A stretch of 64,000 nt of DNA from a virus (IMGVR_UViG_3300037313_000197:62891-126890); one strand, 5' to 3'. Shown: positions 8,341 to 18,025, counted from the stretch's first letter. The notes: generated from the letters alone by a model not told the origin. Numbers and translations: made by a program.

Positions 8341-9282
8341 TCAGAATGTCCACGAGTCTACGTCATCGCCGTAGTCCCACGAATCCCACGAATCATAATC
8401 ATCGTCGTCATCGTCCTCGTCATCTTCCCAATCGTTTACCGCAGCAATTACCGAGAAGAAAGCATTACCGGCAGTGTCAATAACACCGTCACGGTGGCGA
8501 CCATTGTAAGAAGCGCTCTCGATCTTCTCACCCTCACCGATAATCTCATATCGGCAGACACGAACCTTCTCCCAATGAGAGTCGGTAGGAACGCTCACAA
8601 CGTCACGTGGGTTAACACGAACGTGAAGCAGTGCCTCTCCACGAAGGAAGTTGGATGCGTAGTTGTGGCTTGCCACGTGAAGACCAGCCGAACATGCCTG
8701 AGCAGGATCGAAAGCAACCTCAGAGCGAGGCATTGTAACAATGTCTCCAACCTTCTGAGGAATCTGGCCCTCGTGCTTAACGCCATTTACCCAAGCGACA
8801 CCAGAGGCATGCGACTTGTACCCGTCATCCTTACGGTAAACCGACTTGTAGGCAACGATGTTACCCTCGTCGTCAATCGCAAAGTCGTGACGAGACAGCC
8901 ATTCGTACAACTGCTCACGTGAGTGCTGCTCTGGGTTCTGCTGAACCTTCTCCATGAAAGCGACAAGTGGCTTCCAGTCCTCAACACCTTCATCAAGGAA
9001 TCGGACAATCTGCTTGGTAAGAGCATTGTCCACAGGGTCACCATCAAAGAGGATAGTTCCACCCTGCACCGCGACACGCTCAGTGATCGCCTTGAAGTTA
9101 TTCTCAACAGCCTTGGCCGGTGAGAAAAGATCGGCTAGACCATCAGCGTCATTGGAAATGACCTTCTGTACAATCTTGTGCCAATTTGGGTTGTCGCTAT
9201 TAGCGACGTACATTTCACCATCGAGAACGACAGTGATATTCTGCTGGTCTTCGCTTCCGACCAGATTATACTTAATCGCCAT
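8341..9282 (-). CDS. rIIB: rIIB-like protein
   Basis: CSAGLHV, VRVNPRDVVSVPTD, KVRVCRYEII; directly downstream of rIIA; acidic C-terminal tail. Confidence 0.85.
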   Translation of the reverse strand: MAIKYNLVGSEDQQNITVVLDGEMYVANSDNPNWHKIVQKVISNDADGLADLFSPAKAVENNFKAITERVAVQGGTILFDGDPVDNALTKQIVRFLDEGVEDWKPLVAFMEKVQQNPEQHSREQLYEWLSRHDFAIDDEGNIVAYKSVYRKDDGYKSHASGVAWVNGVKHEGQIPQKVGDIVTMPRSEVAFDPAQACSAGLHVASHNYASNFLRGEALLHVRVNPRDVVSVPTDSHWEKVRVCRYEIIGEGEKIESASYNGRHRDGVIDTAGNAFFSVIAAVNDWEDDEDDDDDDYDSWDSWDYGDDVDSWTF

Positions 9283-11309
9283 TAGTTAGTTCCCTTTCGA
9301 TTGGCGTAAACTGCATTCATGTATTCCACGACTGCATCAGGACGCTCGTTCCAGACAGTCGGAGAGAGCATCGGGTAATCCTTAATGAAGTCCCTGTTAG
9401 CAGCGGCAGGACGTGCCTTCTTAACAGCATCTTCAAACTCCGAATGATTCACCGCGAACCCAGCATTTTCGGGCCTCGTTAGAACCATACGTGCAATACT
9501 AGCGTACTCCTTGTCATCGAGCATGTCAAGCCTCTTAAGGACAGTTCCAGAGAATGCATTGATACCGAGAGAGGCAGCCCTAACACTTCTGTTCACATAG
9601 TAGTGCTCAAAGTACGCCGCGTCTAGTTTCTCAAAGTCTCGCTTAGCAACATTCTTTTCATAAGTTGCTCGGAACAAGTACCATTCCTTAGCGTCAGGAA
9701 AGTCCTTCTTCAACTTTGCGTGACGGTTAGCATTATCCTGAATCATGGTGTACTCAGGCATATGCTTAGCGATATCCTTGATGTGCTCTCGGCTTGGCTT
9801 GTGAGCATCACGCGCACCGGTCCAGTAAATGATCTTCTCATTATCCTTTACCGGGCGAAGAACGAATCCACCTGCGGCGCTGTCCCAGCAGTGATACTTA
9901 CCGGCGACCTTTGGAGCAACACTAATGTTTGGCTCGCGGGTGCTGGAAAGAATATCAGACCACTTGGCAATCTGGTGCGCCTCAGCATCAAAGATGTGCT
10001 GGTTGGTGATTTCATCAAGATCAGTGAGATACACCTGAGTGTAATAGTGGTTACCCCTTGTAGCCCACTTCTTGATTTCGTAGATGTATTCCTTGATACG
10101 CTCCTTGTTTGCAGTAGAAATGGTCTTCTTTGCTGCATATCCGGTGACAATAATGTAGTTCTTATTGATTACCTCACTGTAGTTCAAGGAGTATCCAGCA
10201 CGCACCGGGCGGTAGGTTCCCTCAAAGTCCCAGCGAAGGAACTCAGCGTAGACAGGATTGCCCCTAGAATCGTGTCTACGGTCATCAACAATGCCAAAGT
10301 TGGAAAGTTCCATACCATTCCACTTAACACTGTTACCAAGCCACGTGTAAGCATTGCGAAGGGTCTTAGACTTCTCAAAAGCCTCATGATAGTCCTTGGC
10401 ACCGGCAATGGACTGCTCGACGTGCTCACGAATCCTCTTCTGGTATTCGTTACGCAGATTCACCACCGCGCTCTTCGTAACACCATTGTAGATAAGGCCC
10501 TCACGAGAAGGCGTAAAGGTAACCTCATCACGACCATTCATTTCAACATAGCAGGCCACCTTACGACGGTCCCTGCCAGAAATGCTGTAGTTCTGCATGT
10601 CCACAGGATAGGCCACATTGCCCATGACAATTACATCGTATGAGAGGTTGTCATCGAAAAAGATACGGTCTGTAAGAGCCTCACGCTTCTTTACAGGGTC
10701 AACTCCATTGAGCACCACCGTGCCCTTCTGCCAGAACGAGAAGAAGACCTTTGCCTTGTTATCAAATGAGTTACCGGGCTTGACAGGAATCTTAATAGTC
10801 ACACCATTGGCCTCAGTGGTAGGGCCGGTGTGAACAATCTCCATAACACCGCTACCGTCCTCATCACGAGAAACGCTAACTAGAGTCTTGACACCATCCT
10901 TGATACCGGCGACGGTGAACTGATTGGTGTAACCAAGAGCAGCCTTTGCACCGATACCCATAGAGCCGTTCGTGGTCTTCTGCTGGCGCTTGGTAGACTC
11001 ACCGTACTGAGAATAAATCTCACGAATGGTACGCTCGTCCATCCCAACACCAAAGTCCTGCACCGTGAAATACGGATCAAGAGCAGAGGGAGTAGTCACA
11101 CGGATTGGCGTGCTCGTGTTGCCTGCATCAATGTGGCTGTCACGAGCGTTCGTGCTGTATTCACGAATACATGCCAACTCAGGGTCGGAGTAGAGGTCAG
11201 TTAGAAGGCTCATCAGATGCACCGTGGCATCTGCACTAATCTTCATCTTAACCTTGTCACCGCCGAGGTTATTATCAACAGTGAAGGTGTTCTTATTATT
11301 GGGAATCAA
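9282..11309 (-). CDS. rIIA: rIIA-like protein (GHKL/HSP90-type ATPase N-domain)
   Basis: LYSDPELACIREYSTNARDSH, VQDFGVGM, GSMGIGAKA. Confidence 0.88.
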   Translation of the reverse strand: MIPNNKNTFTVDNNLGGDKVKMKISADATVHLMSLLTDLYSDPELACIREYSTNARDSHIDAGNTSTPIRVTTPSALDPYFTVQDFGVGMDERTIREIYSQYGESTKRQQKTTNGSMGIGAKAALGYTNQFTVAGIKDGVKTLVSVSRDEDGSGVMEIVHTGPTTEANGVTIKIPVKPGNSFDNKAKVFFSFWQKGTVVLNGVDPVKKREALTDRIFFDDNLSYDVIVMGNVAYPVDMQNYSISGRDRRKVACYVEMNGRDEVTFTPSREGLIYNGVTKSAVVNLRNEYQKRIREHVEQSIAGAKDYHEAFEKSKTLRNAYTWLGNSVKWNGMELSNFGIVDDRRHDSRGNPVYAEFLRWDFEGTYRPVRAGYSLNYSEVINKNYIIVTGYAAKKTISTANKERIKEYIYEIKKWATRGNHYYTQVYLTDLDEITNQHIFDAEAHQIAKWSDILSSTREPNISVAPKVAGKYHCWDSAAGGFVLRPVKDNEKIIYWTGARDAHKPSREHIKDIAKHMPEYTMIQDNANRHAKLKKDFPDAKEWYLFRATYEKNVAKRDFEKLDAAYFEHYYVNRSVRAASLGINAFSGTVLKRLDMLDDKEYASIARMVLTRPENAGFAVNHSEFEDAVKKARPAAANRDFIKDYPMLSPTVWNERPDAVVEYMNAVYANRKGTN

Positions 11310-11320
11310 CGTTACTCCTA

Positions 11321-11737
11321 TTACTTAACTAGAGTGCCGGTATTGATAATGTAAATGGTGTCCTCAGACTTAGCACCAAAGAAGGTCCAGAAGTTGCTAG
11401 GTGCGACATACCTTTGAAGAGTTACTGTCTTATCCATACCGGAGACTGTCTCAACTCGATATGGTGAGTCTGCCCCATCAGGGTCAGTGGCAACAGCATA
11501 CTTCTTGCCGTTGTAGGTCCATGTGTATGCTGAGGTATTATTGATTACATCTAGATTCACATGAACATTCTTTTGGGTTTCTAGGGTGATTCGGTCGGTG
11601 CTGGAAAGTGTAACAAGTGCTCCACCTATCACACACCCCAAGAGTGCAGAGATAAAGAAAGCAATTAGTCCCTCTTCTCCACCAGCAAAGAAGAAGGTAA
11701 GAATGCCAATCGCAATAGCAAGGATGATCCAGAACAT
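11321..11737 (-). CDS. Hypothetical membrane protein
   Basis: Two N-terminal TM segments; start trimmed to MFWIIL. Confidence 0.6.
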   Translation of the reverse strand: MFWIILAIAIGILTFFFAGGEEGLIAFFISALLGCVIGGALVTLSSTDRITLETQKNVHVNLDVINNTSAYTWTYNGKKYAVATDPDGADSPYRVETVSGMDKTVTLQRYVAPSNFWTFFGAKSEDTIYIINTGTLVK

Positions 11738-11818
11738 GGTTGTTCCTCTCGTCGTTTGTGGCGTTTTATGTAGCGTAACAGACGGCGGGTGAGCCGTCAA
11801 GACTCACCCGCCTATCTA

Positions 11819-12610
11819 TTAGAGGTAATTGTACCGAGGCATCTTCCAAGGAAGTTGCTTAAACTCGTCGGTATCGATATCGAGAATACCGGCCGCGTTT
11901 CGGTCACCCTCCATGTTCAAACCATAAACCTGAGTATATGGTCCGTCCTCACCAGAGAATGGCTTTGCATGGTCCAACTTCCAGTCATACCACGTGTGCA
12001 TGTGCCCATGGAAGTGCATCTTTGGCTTAACTCGGTCAAGCACCCAATCGATCTTCTTACGATTGGCACGGCTGTCCTCGTCAGGCTTTAGACGGTCCTT
12101 CCATACGGTACGGTCAGAACAGTCGTGGGTAAAGAAGTAGTCGATTTCCTTACCGGCAGCGTTCTGAACAGCGGTGTACATTTGCTCATTAGTAATGGCT
12201 TCCTGCCACCACCACGACTCACCGGGCGTGCGGTATGCCTTGTCGATGCTCACAGCGCCACCCAGACCTAGGAACCTTTTACCGCCCCACTTCCAGACAC
12301 ACCCACGAGGAATGTAAAGGATGTTAGATCGTACGTAAACATGACCGTTGGTAGAGCGAGGGTTCAACTTTTCCCAAGACTCGATAAGGTCATAGTCTTC
12401 GTGGTTACCGCCAACAAAGAGAATACGACGGTTAACCTTCATCAAAGCAGCATTCATTTCGTCAAGATAGACGATGCCGCTATAACCGGGCCAAACCCCC
12501 ATGTCCCCAAGTTGAATGATGAGTTCACAGTTTTCCTCAACTGCCTGCTCAATACGCTTTAGGGCAACTTGAAGGTTTCCATGTAGATCACCCTGAATTA
12601 GAAGTTTCAT
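11819..12610 (-). CDS. Calcineurin-like metallophosphoesterase
   Basis: GDLHG, LGDMG, GGNHE, FTHDC, HGHMH. Confidence 0.9.
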   Translation of the reverse strand: MKLLIQGDLHGNLQVALKRIEQAVEENCELIIQLGDMGVWPGYSGIVYLDEMNAALMKVNRRILFVGGNHEDYDLIESWEKLNPRSTNGHVYVRSNILYIPRGCVWKWGGKRFLGLGGAVSIDKAYRTPGESWWWQEAITNEQMYTAVQNAAGKEIDYFFTHDCSDRTVWKDRLKPDEDSRANRKKIDWVLDRVKPKMHFHGHMHTWYDWKLDHAKPFSGEDGPYTQVYGLNMEGDRNAAGILDIDTDEFKQLPWKMPRYNYL

Positions 12611-12612
12611 GA

Positions 12613-12927
12613 TTACCCAACCTTAAATCGTAGGCCCTTGTCACTAGAGCAAATGGTTGAAACGCTCATACGCTCCAAGAACTCGTCTTCATCGATGGGA
12701 GTATCCCATGAAGGAGAGTCTACACCACGCCACCCGTCAGGGTCAAGAATGACTACCTTATGAATTCTGCACCAATCCTCAGGACGACGCTTCATTGGAC
12801 TTGCTCCTATTCTTACAGGCTCGTCGGTTATAACAAACATAGACTTCAACAGTTGAATAATCGAAAGGATAACCTCGTCCAGTGTGGCGGTATAGAATTT
12901 GAAGTCTACTCTTTCGATCAGTACCAC
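12613..12927 (-). CDS. Hypothetical protein
   Basis: ORF track; C-terminal half ILDPDGW..DEFLER looks conserved. Confidence 0.5.
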   Translation of the reverse strand: MVLIERVDFKFYTATLDEVILSIIQLLKSMFVITDEPVRIGASPMKRRPEDWCRIHKVVILDPDGWRGVDSPSWDTPIDEDEFLERMSVSTICSSDKGLRFKVG

Positions 12928-13123
12928 AAAGAGCGCACTTCATTACTTCTCCTTGTTGTGGTACTTATTGATAAGATGATTGACGTAGCAGTCTTCGCAC
13001 ACATCTACCCCGTCGATCTTGGGATTGTGCTTAACATAGTCAGCGGTGTAGACAGTGCCGGTGTCGCAGTGAGGACACCGCTTAACCTTCTTGTCCTGAT
13101 TCTTTAGCATTCCCTTACGCATT

Positions 13124-13399
13124 TCAGCCTCCGAAGTCGAAACTAAAAATGTGCCAGTATTCATCAGGCACATTCGGTGCAAAGCCCCGCCTGTACTTCA
13201 ATCTTTGAAGCATCTGTTGCGGTGTCTCTGAGCCGTTGTAGTACCCAACACTAACACGGTCATACTCTGCACCACAACCGGGCCGTCCACTATCTGGACT
13301 GTACTCCCAAACAGTATTGTGATGAGTCTCGTGCGGGTTAGCACCTTGCTTACAGTCAGAGCAGCGTGATGATGAACTTCCAACTTCTAAAGTTGCCAT
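13124..13399 (-). CDS. Hypothetical protein
   Basis: CSDC..H..C pattern. Confidence 0.5.
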   Translation of the reverse strand: MATLEVGSSSSRCSDCKQGANPHETHHNTVWEYSPDSGRPGCGAEYDRVSVGYYNGSETPQQMLQRLKYRRGFAPNVPDEYWHIFSFDFGG

Positions 13400-13611
13400 T
13401 ACTTGCGCTTTCTCTTGCGTTGCTTATCTGCCTTAATGTTTACATCATCTAGCATTTCGGCAATTTCCTTCTCGCCTTCCGGCGTCCTGTCACCACCAGA
13501 GCAGTGAAGCAGGATAGCCATGAAAAGCGCTTCTCCGGTATATTCATTACCGAACTTATCCCTAGCAAATGCCTTGGCGGCGACAGATGAGAATGAATTA
13601 GTATTCTTCAT
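13399..13611 (-). CDS. Hypothetical protein
   Basis: RBS AAGGAG. Confidence 0.6.
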   Translation of the reverse strand: MKNTNSFSSVAAKAFARDKFGNEYTGEALFMAILLHCSGGDRTPEGEKEIAEMLDDVNIKADKQRKRKRK

Positions 13612-13632
13612 ATCTGTCTCCTTATAGATTAA

Positions 13633-13670
13633 TACACCGGGCCTTCCCGTGAGAAAGAAAGCCCGGTGTA
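13633..13670 (-). terminator. Hairpin terminator
   Basis: TACACCGGGC/GCCCGGTGTA 10-bp inverted repeat after the 13682 stop. Confidence 0.55.
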
Positions 13671-13681
13671 TCTAAAGTGTA

Positions 13682-14053
13682 TCAGTTAGCCTCAGACTTT
13701 GCAACCCACTTGGGAATGTTGATGCTAACAGCCTCTTGCACATTATAGTCGTAGAAGTGCTCTCCATCCCACGAGTCGTACCGACCATTTGCGATCCATG
13801 TCTTACCAAGAGTCTCAAAAACTACGTACATAGATTCCTTATGACGGTCGTTGTAGGAGGAAAAGGTACTGCGCTCCACAATCCTCACCGGCTCACCGTC
13901 GAACTTGACAGCATTTCCATCCCACAGAAGGAAAGCCAGTTCGCCGGTAGAGAGGATTGGGTCACAAACGTCTCTATAAGAAGGGCTCTGATATGTAATT
14001 GTAAAGTGTCCAGCCTTTACAGCCTCATCGAGAATGCTCATACCTTCACCCAC
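13682..14053 (-). CDS. Hypothetical protein, paralog 3 of a tandem Y.SWD family
   Basis: NGRYDSWDG motif. Confidence 0.65.
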   Translation of the reverse strand: MGEGMSILDEAVKAGHFTITYQSPSYRDVCDPILSTGELAFLLWDGNAVKFDGEPVRIVERSTFSSYNDRHKESMYVVFETLGKTWIANGRYDSWDGEHFYDYNVQEAVSINIPKWVAKSEAN

Positions 14054-14490
14054 TGAATAACCTTAACCTCCTTGGGCTTAACCTCAAAGAGTTCTGCGTC
14101 ATCCCAATGAACACCATCCCACGAAGCGTAGTAGGCATCCAACTTATAAGTCTTACCATCTACCTCATAGATGTGGTAATACCCATCGCCCTGACCCTCA
14201 CCGCCGAACTGGTCGAGTTCCTTGACGAAATGCTTCTGACCATCGTGCTCAAAGGTGTAGCCATTTGCAACAGGATTGCCATAAAGAGCATCGGTGACCT
14301 CGCCCCACTTAACCGTATCATACTCGGTGAGAAAATCTTCTAACTTAGGAGCCTCGGGGCGCTTGTAATGACGGTACTTCTTCTCATACTCATCATACTT
14401 GCCGTTTTCAAGGCACTCATTGTGGTAATCAGTTGCTACAGTCAGTGCAGCAAAAATTAGAACATCCTGTGCATTCATCGTGCCCTCCAT
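14038..14490 (-). CDS. Hypothetical protein, paralog 2 of a tandem Y.SWD family
   Basis: AYYASWDG motif. Confidence 0.7.
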   Translation of the reverse strand: MEGTMNAQDVLIFAALTVATDYHNECLENGKYDEYEKKYRHYKRPEAPKLEDFLTEYDTVKWGEVTDALYGNPVANGYTFEHDGQKHFVKELDQFGGEGQGDGYYHIYEVDGKTYKLDAYYASWDGVHWDDAELFEVKPKEVKVIQWVKV

Positions 14491-14852
14491 CGTGTCTCGG
14501 TGTGCTCGTAGGACTCAGCCTCTTGCCAGTCGCCCTCCCAATAATCAGAATCCCAAGAAGAGTACCGGCCAAAACGAACAAAGTTCTCGGAGTTACCTTC
14601 AAGATCGGTGAACTTGATAACCTGATAAATCTCCCCGCCGTCGTGACGGATACCACCGTTTGCGACATACTCAAACTTGCCGACATTCTCGATAACAAGA
14701 GTCTTGCGCTCTTCGGTAAGCATGTACTCTACACCCTCACCGTCGTAGTCCTCATCCACCGGCTCAAAGGTGCCGTCCCATCCCTGCTGAAAACGAGGAT
14801 TGTCCTCATAGTAATCAGAGAGAAGATTATAAACTTCGACTGCCTTAATCAT
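14475..14852 (-). CDS. Hypothetical protein, paralog 1 of a tandem Y.SWD family
   Basis: FGRYSSWDS motif. Confidence 0.7.
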   Translation of the reverse strand: MIKAVEVYNLLSDYYEDNPRFQQGWDGTFEPVDEDYDGEGVEYMLTEERKTLVIENVGKFEYVANGGIRHDGGEIYQVIKFTDLEGNSENFVRFGRYSSWDSDYWEGDWQEAESYEHTETRWRAR

Positions 14853-15625
14853 AGAAGAATTAGCCTTTCCTTATTGTCCTTATGGACCTGAACATAATCG
14901 ACCTCGGGAACAACCAAATCCTTTAGATTCAGCGCCGCGAAGAGTGCCCACTTACCCTTCCAGAAAGAGGTAATGGTCTGCTGCAATGCCCATCGGTAGG
15001 CAAATACAGGGTTTTCCTTATAGTCGCTTGGGATAATCTTACGCTCTAGAGCAGTAGCGTATACTTCCTCACGAACTAGACGCAACTTATCAGTATGAGT
15101 CATCTGCTCAAACTTCGTCCAATCCACCGCGACTTCCTCACCATCTACAAGAATTACCTCAAAGAGAGGCTTATCGTAATAGGCAACCGAAGCGTGGATA
15201 GAATCGTGCTCGTACTTTCGATCAACAGCAGCAGTAAAGAAGTTCTCTGCCTTAGCACCGCGAGGCAGACGAGCACGCTTGACACCGTAGTGCTCAACCC
15301 AGATCGGGTATAGAATATCATAAAGGGGCCGATGGAACTCTACACCTTTCTCCTGAAAGAAGATAGCATCCTTTGCGTGCTTGACCCAGCGGTTGTCCCA
15401 GAACAGGTGAGAAACCTTAATGGTGTACAACTCACGAGCCGACGCATACTTGGGGTAATCCCACGTGTAGTTCTCTAGGGCCGGGTGGTAGAAAGTCTCA
15501 ATCCTCTTGCCAAGACAATCCTTTGGCATCTTCTCATCTGTGAAGTAATCGTAATCCTTTGGCTCACGGTTCAGATCAGGAAACCAAATCTTCGCTGCTG
15601 CACTGCCGATAAGGCGAGGCTCCAT
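14849..15625 (-). CDS. Putative nucleotidyltransferase-like phage protein
   Basis: LIGSAAA..REPKDYDY (GS..DxD signature), YEHDSIH; RBS AGGAG before MEPRL. Confidence 0.6.
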   Translation of the reverse strand: MEPRLIGSAAAKIWFPDLNREPKDYDYFTDEKMPKDCLGKRIETFYHPALENYTWDYPKYASARELYTIKVSHLFWDNRWVKHAKDAIFFQEKGVEFHRPLYDILYPIWVEHYGVKRARLPRGAKAENFFTAAVDRKYEHDSIHASVAYYDKPLFEVILVDGEEVAVDWTKFEQMTHTDKLRLVREEVYATALERKIIPSDYKENPVFAYRWALQQTITSFWKGKWALFAALNLKDLVVPEVDYVQVHKDNKERLILL

Positions 15626-15633
15626 GGACACTC

Positions 15634-15885
15634 CTAAATCTTGACGAATTGAATGTTGATAATATCGATTACTACATAGCACCCAGCACACCATCCGGTA
15701 GTGTTGCCTTCAAAGATCAATTCTTCTCGGATGCGAATATTGTCCTCTGCGCAATCGCCACAGTTAAAATGTGCTATGTCATGATGACGCCACATGTACT
15801 CTGCCGGTGCCTCGCACCATTGACAGACTAGTTCAAAGTCCATCATTTGATCAAGGTCAGCGACAGGAAGGGTATCTAATTTCAT
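15634..15885 (-). CDS. Zn-binding hypothetical protein
   Basis: CQWC..CGDC..CAGC. Confidence 0.6.
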   Translation of the reverse strand: MKLDTLPVADLDQMMDFELVCQWCEAPAEYMWRHHDIAHFNCGDCAEDNIRIREELIFEGNTTGWCAGCYVVIDIINIQFVKI

Positions 15886-15913
15886 TGTTCTTCCTGTTCT
15901 CGTAGGTATGTAG

Positions 15914-15943
15914 AGTCTACTCGTCTACCGGGCCGGGTGTCAA
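15914..15943 (-). promoter_or_regulatory. Sigma70-type promoter
   Basis: TTGACA-18-TAGACT. Confidence 0.65.
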
Positions 15944-15949
15944 TGAAAA

Positions 15950-16288
15950 TTACCCTGTAGGGTTAAGTCTACGCATATGTGTTCTAACTGCACGGCAGTT
16001 GGCACATACCAACTCACATTTTTCAATTTCAGCGAGTACCGTTGCCAACCCTTTGCTTCTCATAAGGTCAGCAATGTGCCCATCCTTGTTATCAGCAATG
16101 TGATCGAATTGCATAACGTAGTATGGATACGATTGCTTACAATCAGTACATGGATTGTCCTTTAGTGCATTTACCGTGGCAATCATTGCTTTTCGGTACT
16201 GCCGACTTCCGTTCTTGTACTTTTCTTTGTTTTCCTTATAATGCTTTGCTGCGTAAGCCTTTCTGGCTTCTGGATCTTTATATGGCAT
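15950..16288 (-). CDS. Small HNH endonuclease, possibly inactive
   Basis: CTDC..YVMQFDH..KCELVCANCR; the His seen in the paralogs (CxNCH) is Arg here. Confidence 0.8.
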   Translation of the reverse strand: MPYKDPEARKAYAAKHYKENKEKYKNGSRQYRKAMIATVNALKDNPCTDCKQSYPYYVMQFDHIADNKDGHIADLMRSKGLATVLAEIEKCELVCANCRAVRTHMRRLNPTG

Positions 16289-16467
16289 GATAATAGCATT
16301 ATATCAAGGGTCAAACAACAAAGCAAGTTTGATCCCTATCGGCATTTGTAGAAAGCCCTTATGCTGCTCTAGTCTTTCTACCGCTTGACTTACTAGTGAC
16401 TGGACTAACTGCATCGTGAACGCCACAGCATAGCATCGCTCGGGAATGGTCCGTCAAGCCTTGTTTA

Positions 16468-16788
16468 TTACTTGATCCTGTCTAGAATTGCCGAGATATC
16501 ACTTCTAATTTCTGCTTCCGGCCTACCGTAGTAGTCCCTTTCAGTAACCATGTAGTTCAACCTCTTCTTCAATTCAGACTTCTTGTATGGTCCATCAAGG
16601 TCATTGATATCTCTAAAGTCTTCAAAGGGCGAAGGACATGAGCATCCTGAGTCGTTTCCGATCCAGTATTCTCCACGCTTGCTCTTCCAGACTGCCGTGA
16701 TATCAAATTCATATGATTCTTCATACCAATCGAACTCTCCGATTGTTTCCAATCCGAAGTCCTCAGGATTGTAATAGATATTGCTCAT
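16468..16788 (-). CDS. Conserved actinophage hypothetical protein
   Basis: YEFDITAVW..DSGCSCPSPFED. Confidence 0.65.
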   Translation of the reverse strand: MSNIYYNPEDFGLETIGEFDWYEESYEFDITAVWKSKRGEYWIGNDSGCSCPSPFEDFRDINDLDGPYKKSELKKRLNYMVTERDYYGRPEAEIRSDISAILDRIK

Positions 16789-16846
16789 TTTGTTTCTCCT
16801 TTTCTAGTGGTTATAGCAAACCCAAAGTTAGATATTAGAGAAACAG

Positions 16847-16929
16847 TACCGGCCACGAGACTTGAACTCGTACGTCCTTTCGGACACTAGGTTTTGAATC
16901 TAGCGTGTCTGCCATTCCACCACACCGGC
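16847..16929 (-). tRNA. tRNA-Leu(CAA)
   Basis: Loop TTCAAAA, long variable arm GTCCGAAAGGAC, A73. Confidence 0.9.
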
Positions 16930-17050
16930 AAGTATCGGGACCACAGATTAAGACAACCACTGTAGGAAGGAAGTCTAGATCGATGGTCCCTCTTGATTTT
17001 CGGATGGTTAGGTGAACCTACAGGATGCCTAACTTACCTAGAATCAATTG

Positions 17051-17131
17051 TACCCGACAAGGGATTCGAACCCTCACGCCTTGCGGCACCGGAACCTAAA
17101 TCCGGCGTGTCTACCATTTCACCAATCGGGC
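17051..17131 (-). tRNA. tRNA-Leu(TAG)
   Basis: Loop TTTAGGT, long variable arm GCCGCAAGGC, A73. Confidence 0.92.
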
Positions 17132-17321
17132 ATGCCCCTTTATTTACACAGGAGTTGGGGTCTTCCTGCTCTTGCTCATTAAGTCTACATCACTACCGGC
17201 TATGTGTCAAGATAACTTACCGCACTCAATACACTGCGCTTTTTCCTCGGTAATTTTGGTCCAAACGTGGTCGCATTCATCCTCGTCTTCTAACCACTCT
17301 ACCATCAACTCAAACAACTGT

Positions 17322-17555
17322 CTACCCCTTGTCAATCCAATAGTTAACGTCAAAGACACGCTCAGTCAGGAATGGGTGATACCTATGGTGTCTCCACTTA
17401 TACTTACCGCGTTCCATTTCATGATAGTCCTTATAGATTTCAAGAAACTCTAGGCGCTCGTCAGTATCTCCATTGGGTCGAGAGAAAAGAACAACATAAT
17501 CATTGTTCCATGCTGCTGCCTGCTCGATAGCACGGTCAATATGGATTTGTCTCAC
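17322..17555 (-). CDS. Hypothetical protein
   Basis: ORF, abuts the upstream gene. Confidence 0.55.
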   Translation of the reverse strand: MRQIHIDRAIEQAAAWNNDYVVLFSRPNGDTDERLEFLEIYKDYHEMERGKYKWRHHRYHPFLTERVFDVNYWIDKG

Positions 17556-17756
17556 TTAGACCTCCACAAGAGTGTCAGCAGAAAGATAGGTATAAGCACG
17601 CTTGCCTAGCGGACGCTTTACCTCAACTACCGGCCTGCCTGACCTGTCCTGCTTCTTCTTGCCAACAACGAGCCTAGAAACGGTCAGAGAGTCCTCTGAA
17701 AATTCAGTGTGGATGATCTTCTGTCCTGTATTAAGTGAGCCAATCTGAGCCTTCAT
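17556..17756 (-). CDS. Hypothetical protein
   Basis: RBS GGAGG, promoter 17789-17817. Confidence 0.6.
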   Translation of the reverse strand: MKAQIGSLNTGQKIIHTEFSEDSLTVSRLVVGKKKQDRSGRPVVEVKRPLGKRAYTYLSADTLVEV

Positions 17757-17788
17757 GATGCCTCCTGTGGAGCGGGGTGGGAAGATGA

Positions 17789-17817
17789 ACTTTACAGATG
17801 TTAAAACGATGTGTCAA
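17789..17817 (-). promoter_or_regulatory. Sigma70-type promoter
   Basis: TTGACA-17-TAAAGT. Confidence 0.6.
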
Positions 17818-18025
17818 GAGGCTTGTAGGGAGAGTTCAAGTCCTCATCATTAATGACTAGAATATACTCTATAGCAGTTCTCCATCAAAGTAAATGCTGT
17901 GGATATTTTTGCTACCAACAAATGCGATCTTCTTAGGCTCATACACCTTTGACTTCACCGGCTGACCGATGAAATACCCAAGCATATGCTCTTCATCACC
18001 TAGATGAAAACCCTTGATAATATAC

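Noticed and set aside
8341-8430. Acidic low-complexity tail of rIIB as a repeat element
   Set aside because: It is a simple Asp/Trp-rich coding tract with no DNA-level repeat unit beyond codons.
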